Part shown: piece after piece, positions 37,410-48,800 of the stretch | How positions within the stretch are numbered: the first letter of the stretch is position 1 | Layout: each line of letters begins with the position of its first letter | Origin: Azolla caroliniana | Lineage: Eukaryota > Plantae > Polypodiophyta | DNA: 64,000 nt | Direction: 5' to 3' | NCBI GenBank assembly: GCA_043228905.1 | Contig: JBHGNT010000004.1 | Coordinates: 5,952,001-6,016,000, forward strand | The notes under the pieces: model-generated | The model's database searches: none | Told to the model about the DNA's origin: nothing | What the model saw: the letters and a program-made list of their open reading frames with translations, nothing else | Translations under genes and position numbers: made by a program

Positions 37410-40400
37410 TTACTCGTCCTCCTCTCTTGATTTGGTGCTTTCGGCTACCAGGTCCGGTTCCTCCTCGTGTCGTCTCTTGAAGGCTTTTATCCGCTTTCCA
37501 ACCACCGGAGTCGTTATTTGCGTCCCGTCGAGCTCTGCGAGATGATATGTGGCGTTGTCGTTGACACTATTTACCACATATGGCCCGAACCATCGCTTTG
37601 CGAACTTGCGTGTAGACCTATGCTGGTTGTCGAGGCTGCCGTCGTAGACTAACACCCAGTCGCCTTCCTCGATCTTCCTTGGCCGGAGCCGGTGCGTTCG
37701 GTTGAACCGAGCTTTGTTCCGGATCCTTGCTTCTCTCACCCTCGTTGTGGCTCGTTCCACGTCTTCCGGTCTTCGCTCGAGTTGCCGGATTTGTGCCGCT
37801 TGCAACTCTTCTCTGCTCATTTCGCTAGCCCAATCGATCGCTGCCCACGAGGCGATAGTTTGCTCTACTGGCACGATGGGTTTCTGTCCGTACATTAGTT
37901 CCGCCGGCATGTATCCTGTCACCGAATTGTGGGTAGTCCTATCTGCCCATAACGCGTACGGGAGTAGCCTTGGCCAGTTGCCGACTCAACCCTTGCATGC
38001 GCGTACAATGGGCTTTACGATCGGACCGTGGCCCCGTTGAATCTTTCCGTTGGCCTCTAGGTTGTATGTCGTTGTGAGGGACATTTTTACACCTAACCGA
38101 TCGAACAGGTCCTCGGCCTCTCTCATGTCTAGCTCTCCTCGGTCAGCCACGATTTTCCCCACGCACCCATATCGGCAGATGACATCCTCGATCAGAAACT
38201 TGCATACGACCACGGTGGTCTTGTTCGTTAGTGCCCACCCCTCTACCTGGTTGGTTAGGTCCTCTCTAGCCAACACTAGGTATCACTTCTAACCTTCGCC
38301 CATCTGCATCGTAACTATGTCAACCATCCATTTGAAGTGCAGGGCTGGAGGATAAGTTGGGTGTAGTTCGTCGCGGTGTCGAACCACTGAGTGGATCTGG
38401 CAGCTTTCGCACGTGGACACGAAGTCGTGCACGCTCTTATACATGCCTGGCCACCAATATTTTCCCTTCAACTTTTCAAATGTCGCCCATGTACCCTGGT
38501 GTCCAGACCAAGGGCTCTCGTGGAACTCCGACATCAGCTTCTGTTGGTCATCTGCCCGCGCTATTGCCCGGAACGACGCGTCATTTCGCTTTTTTGGGAC
38601 CCTCTAGATTTTTCTATTCTGCAGGAAATATCGGTATGCCTTCTTCCGGAGTTGTCCGGCCTCCTCCTTAGTCATCATGGCGTCTGTCGTCATCGTCTCT
38701 AGAAACATCCCGATTAGAAGCCACTCCCCGTCGTAGCCGTCTTCGTCGAACTCATTCACAGGCGGAGCGCTTCGCCCTTTTATCCTCATCCTTGCAGATT
38801 CGAAGAAGTCTGCGCCAACTTCTTCACTCTCTGATACCATGCCGTTCTCATCCTCAAATCTTGCTCTAGAAAGCATATCGGCCATGGCGTTGTCTTTACC
38901 CGAAATGTGTCGTATCTCCGGGTTTAGGGACTTGATGTACGCAATCCACCTGAGCATGGCTAGGTCGGGAGTTGCGCATCCGGAGACCATATGGAGAATC
39001 GGCAAGTAGTCCATTTCGATAATTACTTCTGTCCCGATTAGGTAGTCTTTGTCGACCTTAACCGCCGGAACGATACCACACAGCTCGCGCTTGACTTAGG
39101 CGTACCCTCGCTGTCGCTCTCTCAGTACCTTCACACCGAACCATATAGGGAAGCGCGTGTCGTCTTCATCCCTTTGACTCATGACCCACCCAATCCCGGT
39201 CGGGCTGGTGTCCACAGTGATGTAGAACGGAGTTCCCGGTGTGTATTCCGCTTTGCGCAAAGCCGGTGCCGCTATAAGCGTTCGTTTTAGTTTCCGAACC
39301 GCCTCCGTTTGTTCCTTCGTCCATTCAAATATCTTGTTCTTCTTCAACGATACCACACAGCTCGCGCTTGACTTGGGCGTACCCTCGCTGTCGCTCTCTC
39401 AGTACCTTCACACCGAACCATATAGGGAAGCGCGTGTCGTCTTCATCCCTTTGACTCATGACCCACCCAATCCCGGCCGGGCTGGTGTCCACAGTGATGT
39501 AGAACGGAGTTCCCGGTGTGTATTCCGCTTTGCGCAAAGCCGGTGCCGCTGTAAGCGTTCGTTTTAGTTTCCGAACCGCCTCCGTTTGTTCCTTCGTCCA
39601 TTCAAATATCTTGTTCTTCTTCAACAGGCCGTAGAGTGGTTCGGCGACATGCGCGTAATGAGGGATCCATATGTGGTAGAAGGCGCATGCCCCCAGGAAC
39701 CGCCGGACCTCTGTGATGGATCCACATTCCTCCTTCATTGCCGAGATGGCCTCTACCTTGGTCGGCGATGGCTTCCGGCCGTACAGCCCATGTAGGTGGC
39801 TAACCACTAATATCTCTGGTTGTTCGAAAGCTGACTTTTCTCCCGAGAAGGTAAGCCGTGCGCGCTCGAGCCTCTGTAGTACCTTCTCGCAGTCGGAGAT
39901 GTGGTCCGTGATAAACCTTCGGCACCCATCCGTACTGATTGACTCATCCTTAACGTCTTCCGGACACCCCTTTATAGGGATGTCATCTAAGAAAGGCATG
40001 GTGATGTCTGGGATGCAGTCCCTCAAAACTCTGTTCATTGCGTTCACCATGTGTGCCACTGAGTTGGTTCCGCCCTGTGGTAGGGTACATATTCGAACTG
40101 GGCCGAGAGGGGTTCACATCGTCGTGATGTCCCTGCTTTCCACGGTGAGCTGGAATTGGTCGTACCCCGAGTAAAGATCTCCGACCAAGTATATGGACCT
40201 TCCGGCAAAGGCTTCAACGAACTCATGGATCGACGACTCGACCCGCATATTGTGGATGGTCACTTTGTTGACCGGTTGTAAGTCCTGGATGAACCGCAAC
40301 GTGCCGTTCTTCTTTGGTATCGTAAAACACCGGTTAGAGTAGGGGGCACTCGATGGTTCGAGGATGCCCAGCTCCACTTTCTGCTTAAGAAGTTTCATCA

Positions 40401-43217
40401 GCATCGGCATGTGGGCTCTCGGTAGTGGGATTGGCTTGAGACTCCATGGTATGTGTGGTATTGTAAACATCACCATTGGCTTGACGATGGTCGGCTCGAC
40501 GCACCCGATCTCTCCTGGTGAGAATGCGAAGGCCTTTCCGTGCCTCTCGAGCATTCTTCTGAACCGGTCCTCTTCCGCCGGCAGTAGGAAGCCACCCCCA
40601 CCAATCTTCAGCTCTCGTAGCATTTTGACGGTGAAACGGTGTCCTATGCCGACCGGATTTCGTAGGCTCGGGTCGGTAGCGACCCCCTTTATTCGTCCCC
40701 AGCTGCCCTCCGATAAGGGGGCCACGACGGGCTTCACCTTCCGGTCCACAGTCTTTTATTTAGTGTCTACTCGGGCGATCCGATGCGCCCGGGTTTCTCT
40801 TTCGAATTCCGCAATGAATTCATACATGTCGATCGAGTTGATCGGTATGACTCGGTCTTCGCTTAGGACTCCTTTGACTACCTTTCCGATTTCCCCCAAG
40901 GTGTCATTGAACGAGTCTGCCTCCACGGCTTCCCCAATTCCTTTGTCGTGGCTTAAGGCTCTGCACGCCTTCAAGCATACCTCGGCCCTTTTCCTTTCCC
41001 TGCCGCTGATGATGGCTATGGTACACCCCCCGTTGTTGGAGAACAAAACTTTCCTACCTATTTTATGGGTGTGGGGAGTTTCCCGGTTGTCTGGACTATC
41101 GTGGCCCCGTGCCTTGATAGCTCTATCTAAAAATCCGACTTATCATCATTTCCGAGGGTGTCCCGGTTTCGTTCGTGGTTCTTTCGAACGGTCAAAAATT
41201 GGACGGAGTGACGGCCGTCTTGACTTTTTACCCTCGCATAGGCTGAACCGTTGTCCAACACTTTCGTCTCCATTCTAGCCGTTGTGATGTAGGGTTCCTC
41301 GAGGATGACCGGGTGGGAGGACGTTTCTTGCACAAAAAAGTGTTGGTTTATGTCCACGCTCCAACGGTAGGCCCCGTGCAGCTCTTCTGTGGCTCTTGTT
41401 GCTGCGCGTATCTTCCACCCGTGTTTGGTGTTGATCGGCCAATTTCCCTTTTTGTAGAAGTCCATGGACATTAGGTTGATTTCCAACCCGTGGTCGATTA
41501 ATGGCACCACCGGTTCCTTGACATTCCCGATTCGAATCGGGGTTTCTGTAGTAGCTCTTGCCCAGTGCGGCTTGGCGTAGTGGCTCTCCGCGAGCTCGTC
41601 TTCCGTGGCCATCTTGTCAAGGAGTGCTGCCCTCACCTGAACCAGCTTCTCGGGTTCTGGTTCCGTCGCAAGACGTTTTCTCTTCACGAGGTCCACGATG
41701 CTGTCGTGGAACTCCCTTCTTGCTATACTGAGCACTTCCCTAAGCGTGAGTTCTATGCAACTGTCGAGAACTCGCTCCTCTAGAACCTTTCATAGGTTCG
41801 TTGTTTTCTCGATTTCCGAGCTTACACAGAAGCTTGGAATCCTGCCCTTCTCCTTCTCTTGGGCCCCAATCGGAGCGACATCGTTCTTCTTGGGCATGCT
41901 TTGGGTGTCATACCTCCCCGAAGGGTCTGCTCCCCCGGTTTCCCCACTCGTCTTTCGTCGTTCAGGGCCTCGTAGTTCCTGCATGCGGCTTCCACAAAGC
42001 CGGTGCTTTCTTCAACGGGGTCACTCCACCGGGTAACTTCGCGCACACGTTCTTCTGTGCGCTCCGCTTCCCCCTTCTGCAACCTTCCTCCAGTCATGGT
42101 CTCAAGAATAGCCGGCCAAAACCCAGGGTTTGAATCGGGTTTGGCACCCTTTTCCCCTACGCGGATGCCGGCCGAAGCCGAATAGTGGATGGCTTCGACA
42201 TGCCGGGCTGTAGCCTCTTCCATTAGTCTCTTCATGCGACCTCGTCCGAAATTCGTGTCAAGCAGTCTTCACGTGTCGCTTGCATGTACCTGGCCGTTCA
42301 AAAGGTAGACTACATTACTCCTGAGTGCTTCTCCGAAGTCAGCGCATTCTCTCCGGGCATGCCCGGTGGCGTCGCACCATACACACCTGAGATTTGTCGG
42401 CGGTTGCCGGTCGCACGGTTGACCCTCGACGCTTCGGCGGGCTTGGGCGATCTAGAGGTCGCGTACTATCCTTGTTAGTTCTTCTAGCCCTGCGCCGCTT
42501 GCAGGTCCCGTGATTATGTTCATCGGGGTTGGGCCTAGCTTGAGCCGCCTCCTCGTGTCTTCCATTTGGGTTGGCGTCGGTTCGGCCCTGATTTCGACTG
42601 CCGATCCGATCGAGGAGGATCCCTTTTTTTTCTAGTCTCGGCGGTTTTCAATCCTGCTGCATACTTCTTTGACGGTCGCCTAGTCAGTCGTGAGACCTCG
42701 GTTGGTTTCGACGGACGCATGAGTCGAAAGATGTCACGAAAAATAGGACTTTTCTTGTTTCGAGCACGGTTCGGTACAATCTAGAGAGTCGCGGGAACCG
42801 TGACTCGAACTCCTAGAGAAGCGTTGAAGCGTTCTGACCCTTCTCGGGGCTGTTGACCCAGTCCATAAAATCCTTTCTTGATAGCCGGAGTGAGTCATCA
42901 TAGCTGTACCTCTCGAGAACTTCCTCTGTGAATTCCGCCCAGTCACGACAGCCTGCTTGTACCTCGACCATCTCTGTATGGATGTGTGCTGTTACGACCC
43001 GAGGAAACCCCGCTAGCCGTCTATCTTTGGGTATGTTTCTCATCTGCATTTCAGATTTGTAGGCCTCTAAGTAACTCGTGGCGTCCTTTCCGCCGAACTG
43101 GCCTATCTTGCTGACCGTTGCTTCTATGGCCTGGTCGAGGGCACTCGCTCCCTCGCGAGCACTAACCAGGCGGTCTACCGCCACCACCATTGCTTCTGTA
43201 AGTTCGCTTCCTCTCAT
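37410..43217 (-). pseudogene. gag-pol: H gag-pro and RT-RH-INT, fragmented
   Basis: gag start MRGSELTEA at 43217; protease LIDHGLEINLM; RT (FIQDLQPVN, GDLYSGYDQF, PFLDD); RH (TVDTSP); integrase (H..PWSGH..CESC, ADRGE, WFGPY). Confidence 0.9.
39069..39625. repeat. 277-bp tandem duplication in the RT/RNase H region of H
   Basis: Copies start at 39069 and 39346, with AAC microhomology at 39069, 39346 and 39623. Confidence 0.93.
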
Positions 43218-43240
43218 CTCCAGATTCCTTTGCTGCCCTT

Positions 43241-43259
43241 ATTCACGTCGGGTTCACCA
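43241..43259 (-). promoter_or_regulatory. PBS complementary to the 3' end of plant tRNA-Trp
   Basis: The + strand reads ATTCACGTCGGGTTCACCA, matching from memory the 3' end of plant cytosolic tRNA-Trp plus CCA. Degenerate copies occur at 44411-44428 (X) and 57113-57130 (W). Confidence 0.8.
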
Positions 43260-45866
43260 AATATGTCGAGGAAATCCTCGTGGATGCGTGGAAGTTGGGC
43301 AGGACCTTGGGGGTCTCAAACCAAGGAATCGAGAAAACGAAGAGGGAGGAGTTTCAGGATCGCGTAGGTCTCGAGACCACGGGGAAACATGTAGGGCTAG
43401 TGAACAAGAGAGGGTAAGAGAGTCGTGCGTAGACGCAGACACGGGCAAGACACTGAGAACATTGTCTGTTAGGCAGAGAAGGTTTCTATTAAACACCACA
43501 GGTGCACGGTGCTGTGGGTGATTACAACCGGATCAGAGCCAGTGATGGAGCGTAGAGCTTGGCAATAGCCAGACACAAAGGTACGTTGGCACGCTGAAGG
43601 TTGATCCCTTGGACGGGAGCACTCGGGCGTCTGACGCGTGGAAGGGAAGCGCCTTCCAACGATCTGTCCTCCCCCTCCTCTCTGTATATCCTCTCCCCTT
43701 TAAAATGGCATCCTGAAGATAGTCGAAGGTCGTCCCTTTTATAGCACAAGGGGCGACCGTTACAAGCATACATGACCTGTCGCTTTCCCTTCCAAGATTC
43801 TCTCCCCTGATTCACTCCCCTCGTAACTCTCCCTACATATGCGATATTCTATTTCTTCTTTAATGCTCTAACTACCTAGTGCCCCTCCGTATACTCATGC
43901 CTAGTACTTTCCCTATTTAATTCTCTCGAGGCGTGCACTCGCGTAAACCGGTGTTCCTACGCGTTTCACCTTGTTTCTACCTATGGCCCAGAATCTTGAT
44001 GACAACGTTCTTCAAACTCCCGGAGAAGCGCCGACGTATTCCTCCCCTTTCCGGGGGTCTCCACCCAATCCATGAAATCTTGCTTCGATAGCCGAAGCAC
44101 GACATCGAGCCCGAACCTTTCGAGGAGCCGCACCTCGAGCACCTCCGCGTGAATGCCCGATGTTGCCACTCGAGGGAATCCGGCCAGCCGCCTGTCTTCC
44201 GGAATGTCCCTCATCACCATCTCGGCTCGGTAGGACACTAAATAGCTTGTGGCGTTCTTCCCACAGAACCGGCCTATCGTGCCGACAATTGCTTCAAGGG
44301 CCCTGTCGAGAGCGCCCGTGCCCTCACGAGCACTTACTATCTGATCGACTGTTGCCGCCATGGCTTCGGTGAGCTCCGATCCCCTCATCTTCGACTCCTC
44401 TCCGCCTTGTTTCACGTTGGGTTCACCAAATATGTTGTGTTGTTCTGCTTTCGTGTAGGAAATAAGGCGGGACCGTGGGAGCCTTGAACCGAGGAGCAAA
44501 AGAGAGAACAAGGTGGCTCGGGAAAAGAGCGCAAGCGTAAGCCGGTTAGGCCTGTTTGCCACTGCCAGTGCTTGCCGTTCAAATGAACCACTAAAGCGTT
44601 GCTGAACAAGATGCACACTAACATAAAAGAGAGACTCATAGAAACATAGAGAGAGGAAAATAAGAGATTCATTTCCTATGACAGTAAAGGTTACACTGTT
44701 TGCAAGATTACAACCAGATAGCTAGCGATAGTCCCAACCCAGACAATCACACACCTACGCACACACGCAGTAGAGCCTTTGCCGGAAGCACATGGCTTTC
44801 CTTGGAGTAGAAGCAACCAACTCAGAAAGACTACAGAAACAATGATAGAGGAAGAGAGACCTCGGTTCCCAGTTCGACAGCACCTCATCCCCTTTTTCAG
44901 TCTTCTGCCCTTCCTTTTTTACGCTGCCGGGGAGGGACCGTTACATCCCGGTCACATCACTTTATTCTCTATCCCTCCGGACAGAGATATGCATCGATTT
45001 CCTAGCTAATAAATCTGTACTACCTAATCAATATGTGTGTCCGCGTGTAAGGGCCGGTTCCTACACCTTTTTCACTGATTCCGCCTAAGGCCGGTTTTCT
45101 TCACGACAACGCGACTGTCCCTCACTGTGTCTCCAAGCCTACGCGATCTGGAGGTTCCATACCATCTTAGTGAGCTCTTCTAGGGTCGCGGCTCCGGACG
45201 GGCCCTTGACCATGTCAGTCGTGACCGTGCTGGACTCAATCCACCTTCACGTCTCTTCCGTTCGAGCCGGAATCGGTTCTTCAAGTTGTCTCCCTGCTTC
45301 GGGTCGTGTTGCCGACGGGCCCTTTTCCCTCCACTCATACCGTTTGTCGAAATGGTTGCAGACCCTTTTTACCATGGCCCAATCAGTCGTGAGCCGATTG
45401 TCCGTCTCCAATAGGGGGCCCACCTTCTCCTGACCCTACACGTCCACGGACTTGATGAACAGTAGGACACGACTCTTGTCGAGCATGGTCCGGTCCAACG
45501 CCGAGAGTCGAGCAAACCTCTTCTCAAACTCCTGGAGAAGCACCGACGTGTTCCTCCCTTTTCTGGGGCTTTCAACCCATTCCATAAACTCCCGCTTCGA
45601 AAGTCGGAGCGAGTCATTGAGCCTGTACCTCTCGAGAAGCCGTCCTTCGAACTCCTCCCATGTTTGGCAACCGGCCTGCCCCTCGAGCACGTCTGCATGG
45701 ATGCTCGGCGTCACCACCGAGAGAATCCCGACAACCACATGTCCTTTGGGATTTCCCTCATTATCATCTCCGCTCGATAGGCCTCCAGATAACTCGTGGC
45801 ATTCTTCCCACCAAATCAGTTGATCATGCCGACAATCGATTCAATGGCCCTGTCAAGGGTATTCGT

Positions 45867-48800
45867 TATCGTGTTGTTACGCTCTCGTGTAGGAAACTAA
45901 GGCGGGACCACAGGGGCCCTGGACCGAGGAATACCCGAAACAAAGGAAGGAGTAAGTTGAAACAATGGGCCGACAAGTACCGGCTACCGGCAAGTGTTGG
46001 CATAAAAGGCTGACTCCTTCCAAGTTGTATCCGTCCGAGTGTGAACTCGTTAATAAGTTAGGGCTTAGTATATAAGTGAATACCTAACATTGTAATGAAG
46101 AAGACAATGAAGAAGACGACGAGTAGATGATTGTAATCTCTGAGAGAGAAAAATGCATTGTGCAGAAATAAAAAGCGTTTCATTAAAGCTCGTATCTGTG
46201 TAAGTCTATATTTGCCTTCTCTATCTTCTATGTGTATGTTGTTTCCTATTCATAGCCATAAGATCCGAACACAGACTTCCGCATAATTGTTGACATTAAC
46301 CAACAACTAGTATCAGAGCTATGTTCTGTTATGCGGCGGCAACAAATAACAGAAGAAGAAGCTGAAAGAAAAGACCAGGTCAGAAACATCAAATCCACAG
46401 AAAGAATATGACTTCAACATCCGGAACAGGAGTTGAAATCAGAAAGTTTGACGACAAAAACTTTGCACTATGGAAAGAGATGATGTAGGGTGTGTTGATT
46501 ATCCGAAGACAGGTCAAAGCCATTGGACATAATGAAAAGCCTGCTTTGATGATAGAAGAGTGGAGATCAATGGACGAAATAGCACGCTCCACCATCCAAA
46601 TGCATCTGGCTGAAAACGTCTATTTCAGCATGGCAAGAGAGACGACAAGGTTCTCATTGTGAGAAAAATTATAGGTCGTATATGAGAAGAAGTCCTCATC
46701 TTCAAAACTTATCCTGATCAAACAATTATTCAAAATGAAGATGAAAGAGACCGATCCGACAACCTCCCACATCAACACCTTCAGCCAAGTGTTGTCAGAG
46801 CTCTCGTCCCAAGGGATCAACTTCAAAGAAGAAGTGAAAGCCCTTGCCCTCCTATCGAACTTGCCGGCGAGTTGGGAGGTATTCTGTACGACATACGCCA
46901 ATAGACGACCGATCCTGAATTTGGACGAAACAACCAGCCAAGTCCTCATAGAGGACATCAGGCGAAAATCGATGGGACTAACCATTGATGAGTCGTCAGG
47001 AGCCCACCACTCGACCGAGTCGTTCGACAGACAAAGTTGAACGAAAGAACAAGCCGATAGAACTGGTCGACGATATAGTCGATCGAGAACGAGGGGAGAC
47101 CGAGAGCGGTCGAAGTCGAAAACGGGCCGAACAAGCGAGTACTGCACACACTACAGGAAAGCTGGCCACAATGTTTCCGATTACTAGTGAATAAAAAGAA
47201 AAGAGAGTGGTTGGCGATTCGAGCGGAATCGAGGACGTTCCGACTCGGACCATTCTCCAGTCGGCAACCAGATCAATGTTGCCGACACCCGATACAGAGA
47301 AATCCTCTCCCTAGAGGATTCGATGGTTGCAGAAGTCCTCTACAGTGCACAAGTTGCACACACGTGGCTACTAGACTCTGGTGCCACATTTCACGTGACC
47401 CCCAACGTTGAATGGTTATCAAACTATTTAGCCGACGCCAACGACATAGTCTGACTAGGAAACGGGCAGGAGTCCAAGATAGCCGGAATTGGGAAGGTTC
47501 GCATTAGATTGCCAAATGGCAACACAATAACCCTGCACCGAGTTCGGCACGTACTCGATCTAAAGAGGAGTTTGGTCTCCATCAGCATGTTAGCCGAAGA
47601 CGGGTATCGAACAACGCTAAACAAGTTGATATGGGTGATCAGCCGAGGAAACCTCAAAATCGGTAGTGGGTATAAGTATAATAATCTATACCCATTGATG
47701 GCGATCAACCCTGAAGGGGCCATGAACGTAGCCGAAAAAACCGACCCGAACCTATGGCATGGCCGACTCGGCCATATGTCACAAGCTGGACTTGATCGGT
47801 TGATGTCGGTCGGCTATATTTCGAAACTCCAGGAGAGACTGACTTCTACGAGCATTCTCGATACGGGAAACGGACCCGAAGTCCACACTCTGTCCACTAC
47901 GAGACGGTACGACAACCCATAGAGCTCGTGCACACAAACATGTGTGGGCCCATGCCAGAGCGATCACTAGGAGCAACGACGTAGTCTTCAATGAAGACTC
48001 CATCTTCTCTCAACAGAACCAGCAGAAAACAGTGGGCAAGAAGGTATCCTTTGAATCAGAGAGTCAACAAATAGTTGAACTCCAACCAGCTGACAACGTC
48101 CCTGTTGACACCGAATCGGCAACAAGTCCTAACGTCGAACTCAAAGACAAAGCTGAAATGACAAGAGTCGACAAAGGCAGAGTCACTAAGAGGCAAGTCA
48201 GAACCAAGTCGACGACAACCATAGGGGAGAACAACTAGACACCGCCGAAATCCCAAACCGAGGGCGGAATACCAAACAAGACTCCTGACTCAACTGGTTC
48301 AACAAATGCCGATCGTCAAAAAGAACCGATCGAAGAATCTGAACCAGATATTACAACACTGAGGAGATCTGGACGAGCTCGAAGGCAAACCGAGTTTTAT
48401 CAACCGGGTCTCGACTACGTCAACTACATGGATGTAGGCGAACCAAGCACGTAGGACGAAGCTATGGCTGCACCGAACGCCGAAACATGGCTGCAAGCCA
48501 TGAATTCAGAAATGGACTCGATTCATTAGAATTAGACATGGGAGCTGGTCGAACTACCAGCTGGAAGGAAGCCGCTACCTTACAAATGAGTGTTCCGATA
48601 CAAGTATGTATCCGACTCAGAGAAACCCAAGTACAAAGCTTAGCTTGTCGCAAAAGGATTCAAACAAGAATACGGGTCGACTACGACGAGATATTGTCAC
48701 CAATTGTCAAGATGACCACCCTCCGACTCCTACTAGGAGTCATAGCGACAGAAGACCTAGAGCTCGAGTAGATGTACGTAAAGACGACATTCCTACATGG

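Larger units (their letters stand above)
36597..44004 (-). mobile_element. Non-chromovirus Ty3/gypsy H (Phygy-like), full length, inserted in the gag of X
   Basis: ~740-bp LTRs at 36597-37335 and 43264-44004. TSD GCGT (36593-36596) / ACGT (44005-44008). PPT at 37336-37352. PBS at 43241-43259. Confidence 0.95.
12981..45108 (-). mobile_element. Non-chromovirus Ty3/gypsy X (Phygy-like), complete but expanded to 32 kb by nested Y, D(E,F), G and H
   Basis: LTRs 12981-14571 (split by Y) and 44433-45108. Perfect 4-bp TSD ACGC at 12977-12980 and 45109-45112. PPT 14572-14588, PBS 44411-44428. Coding pieces: INT 14646-15144 and 26730-27100; RH/RT 27100-29267; PR/gag 29282-29949, 35566-36596, 44009-44388. 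Confidence 0.92.

Noticed and set aside
40364-41278. Long antisense ORFs over pol (also 53510-54322, 31442-32233, 29029-29499)
   Set aside because: Shadow frames of GC-rich coding sequence; their ends are not conserved between X, H and Z
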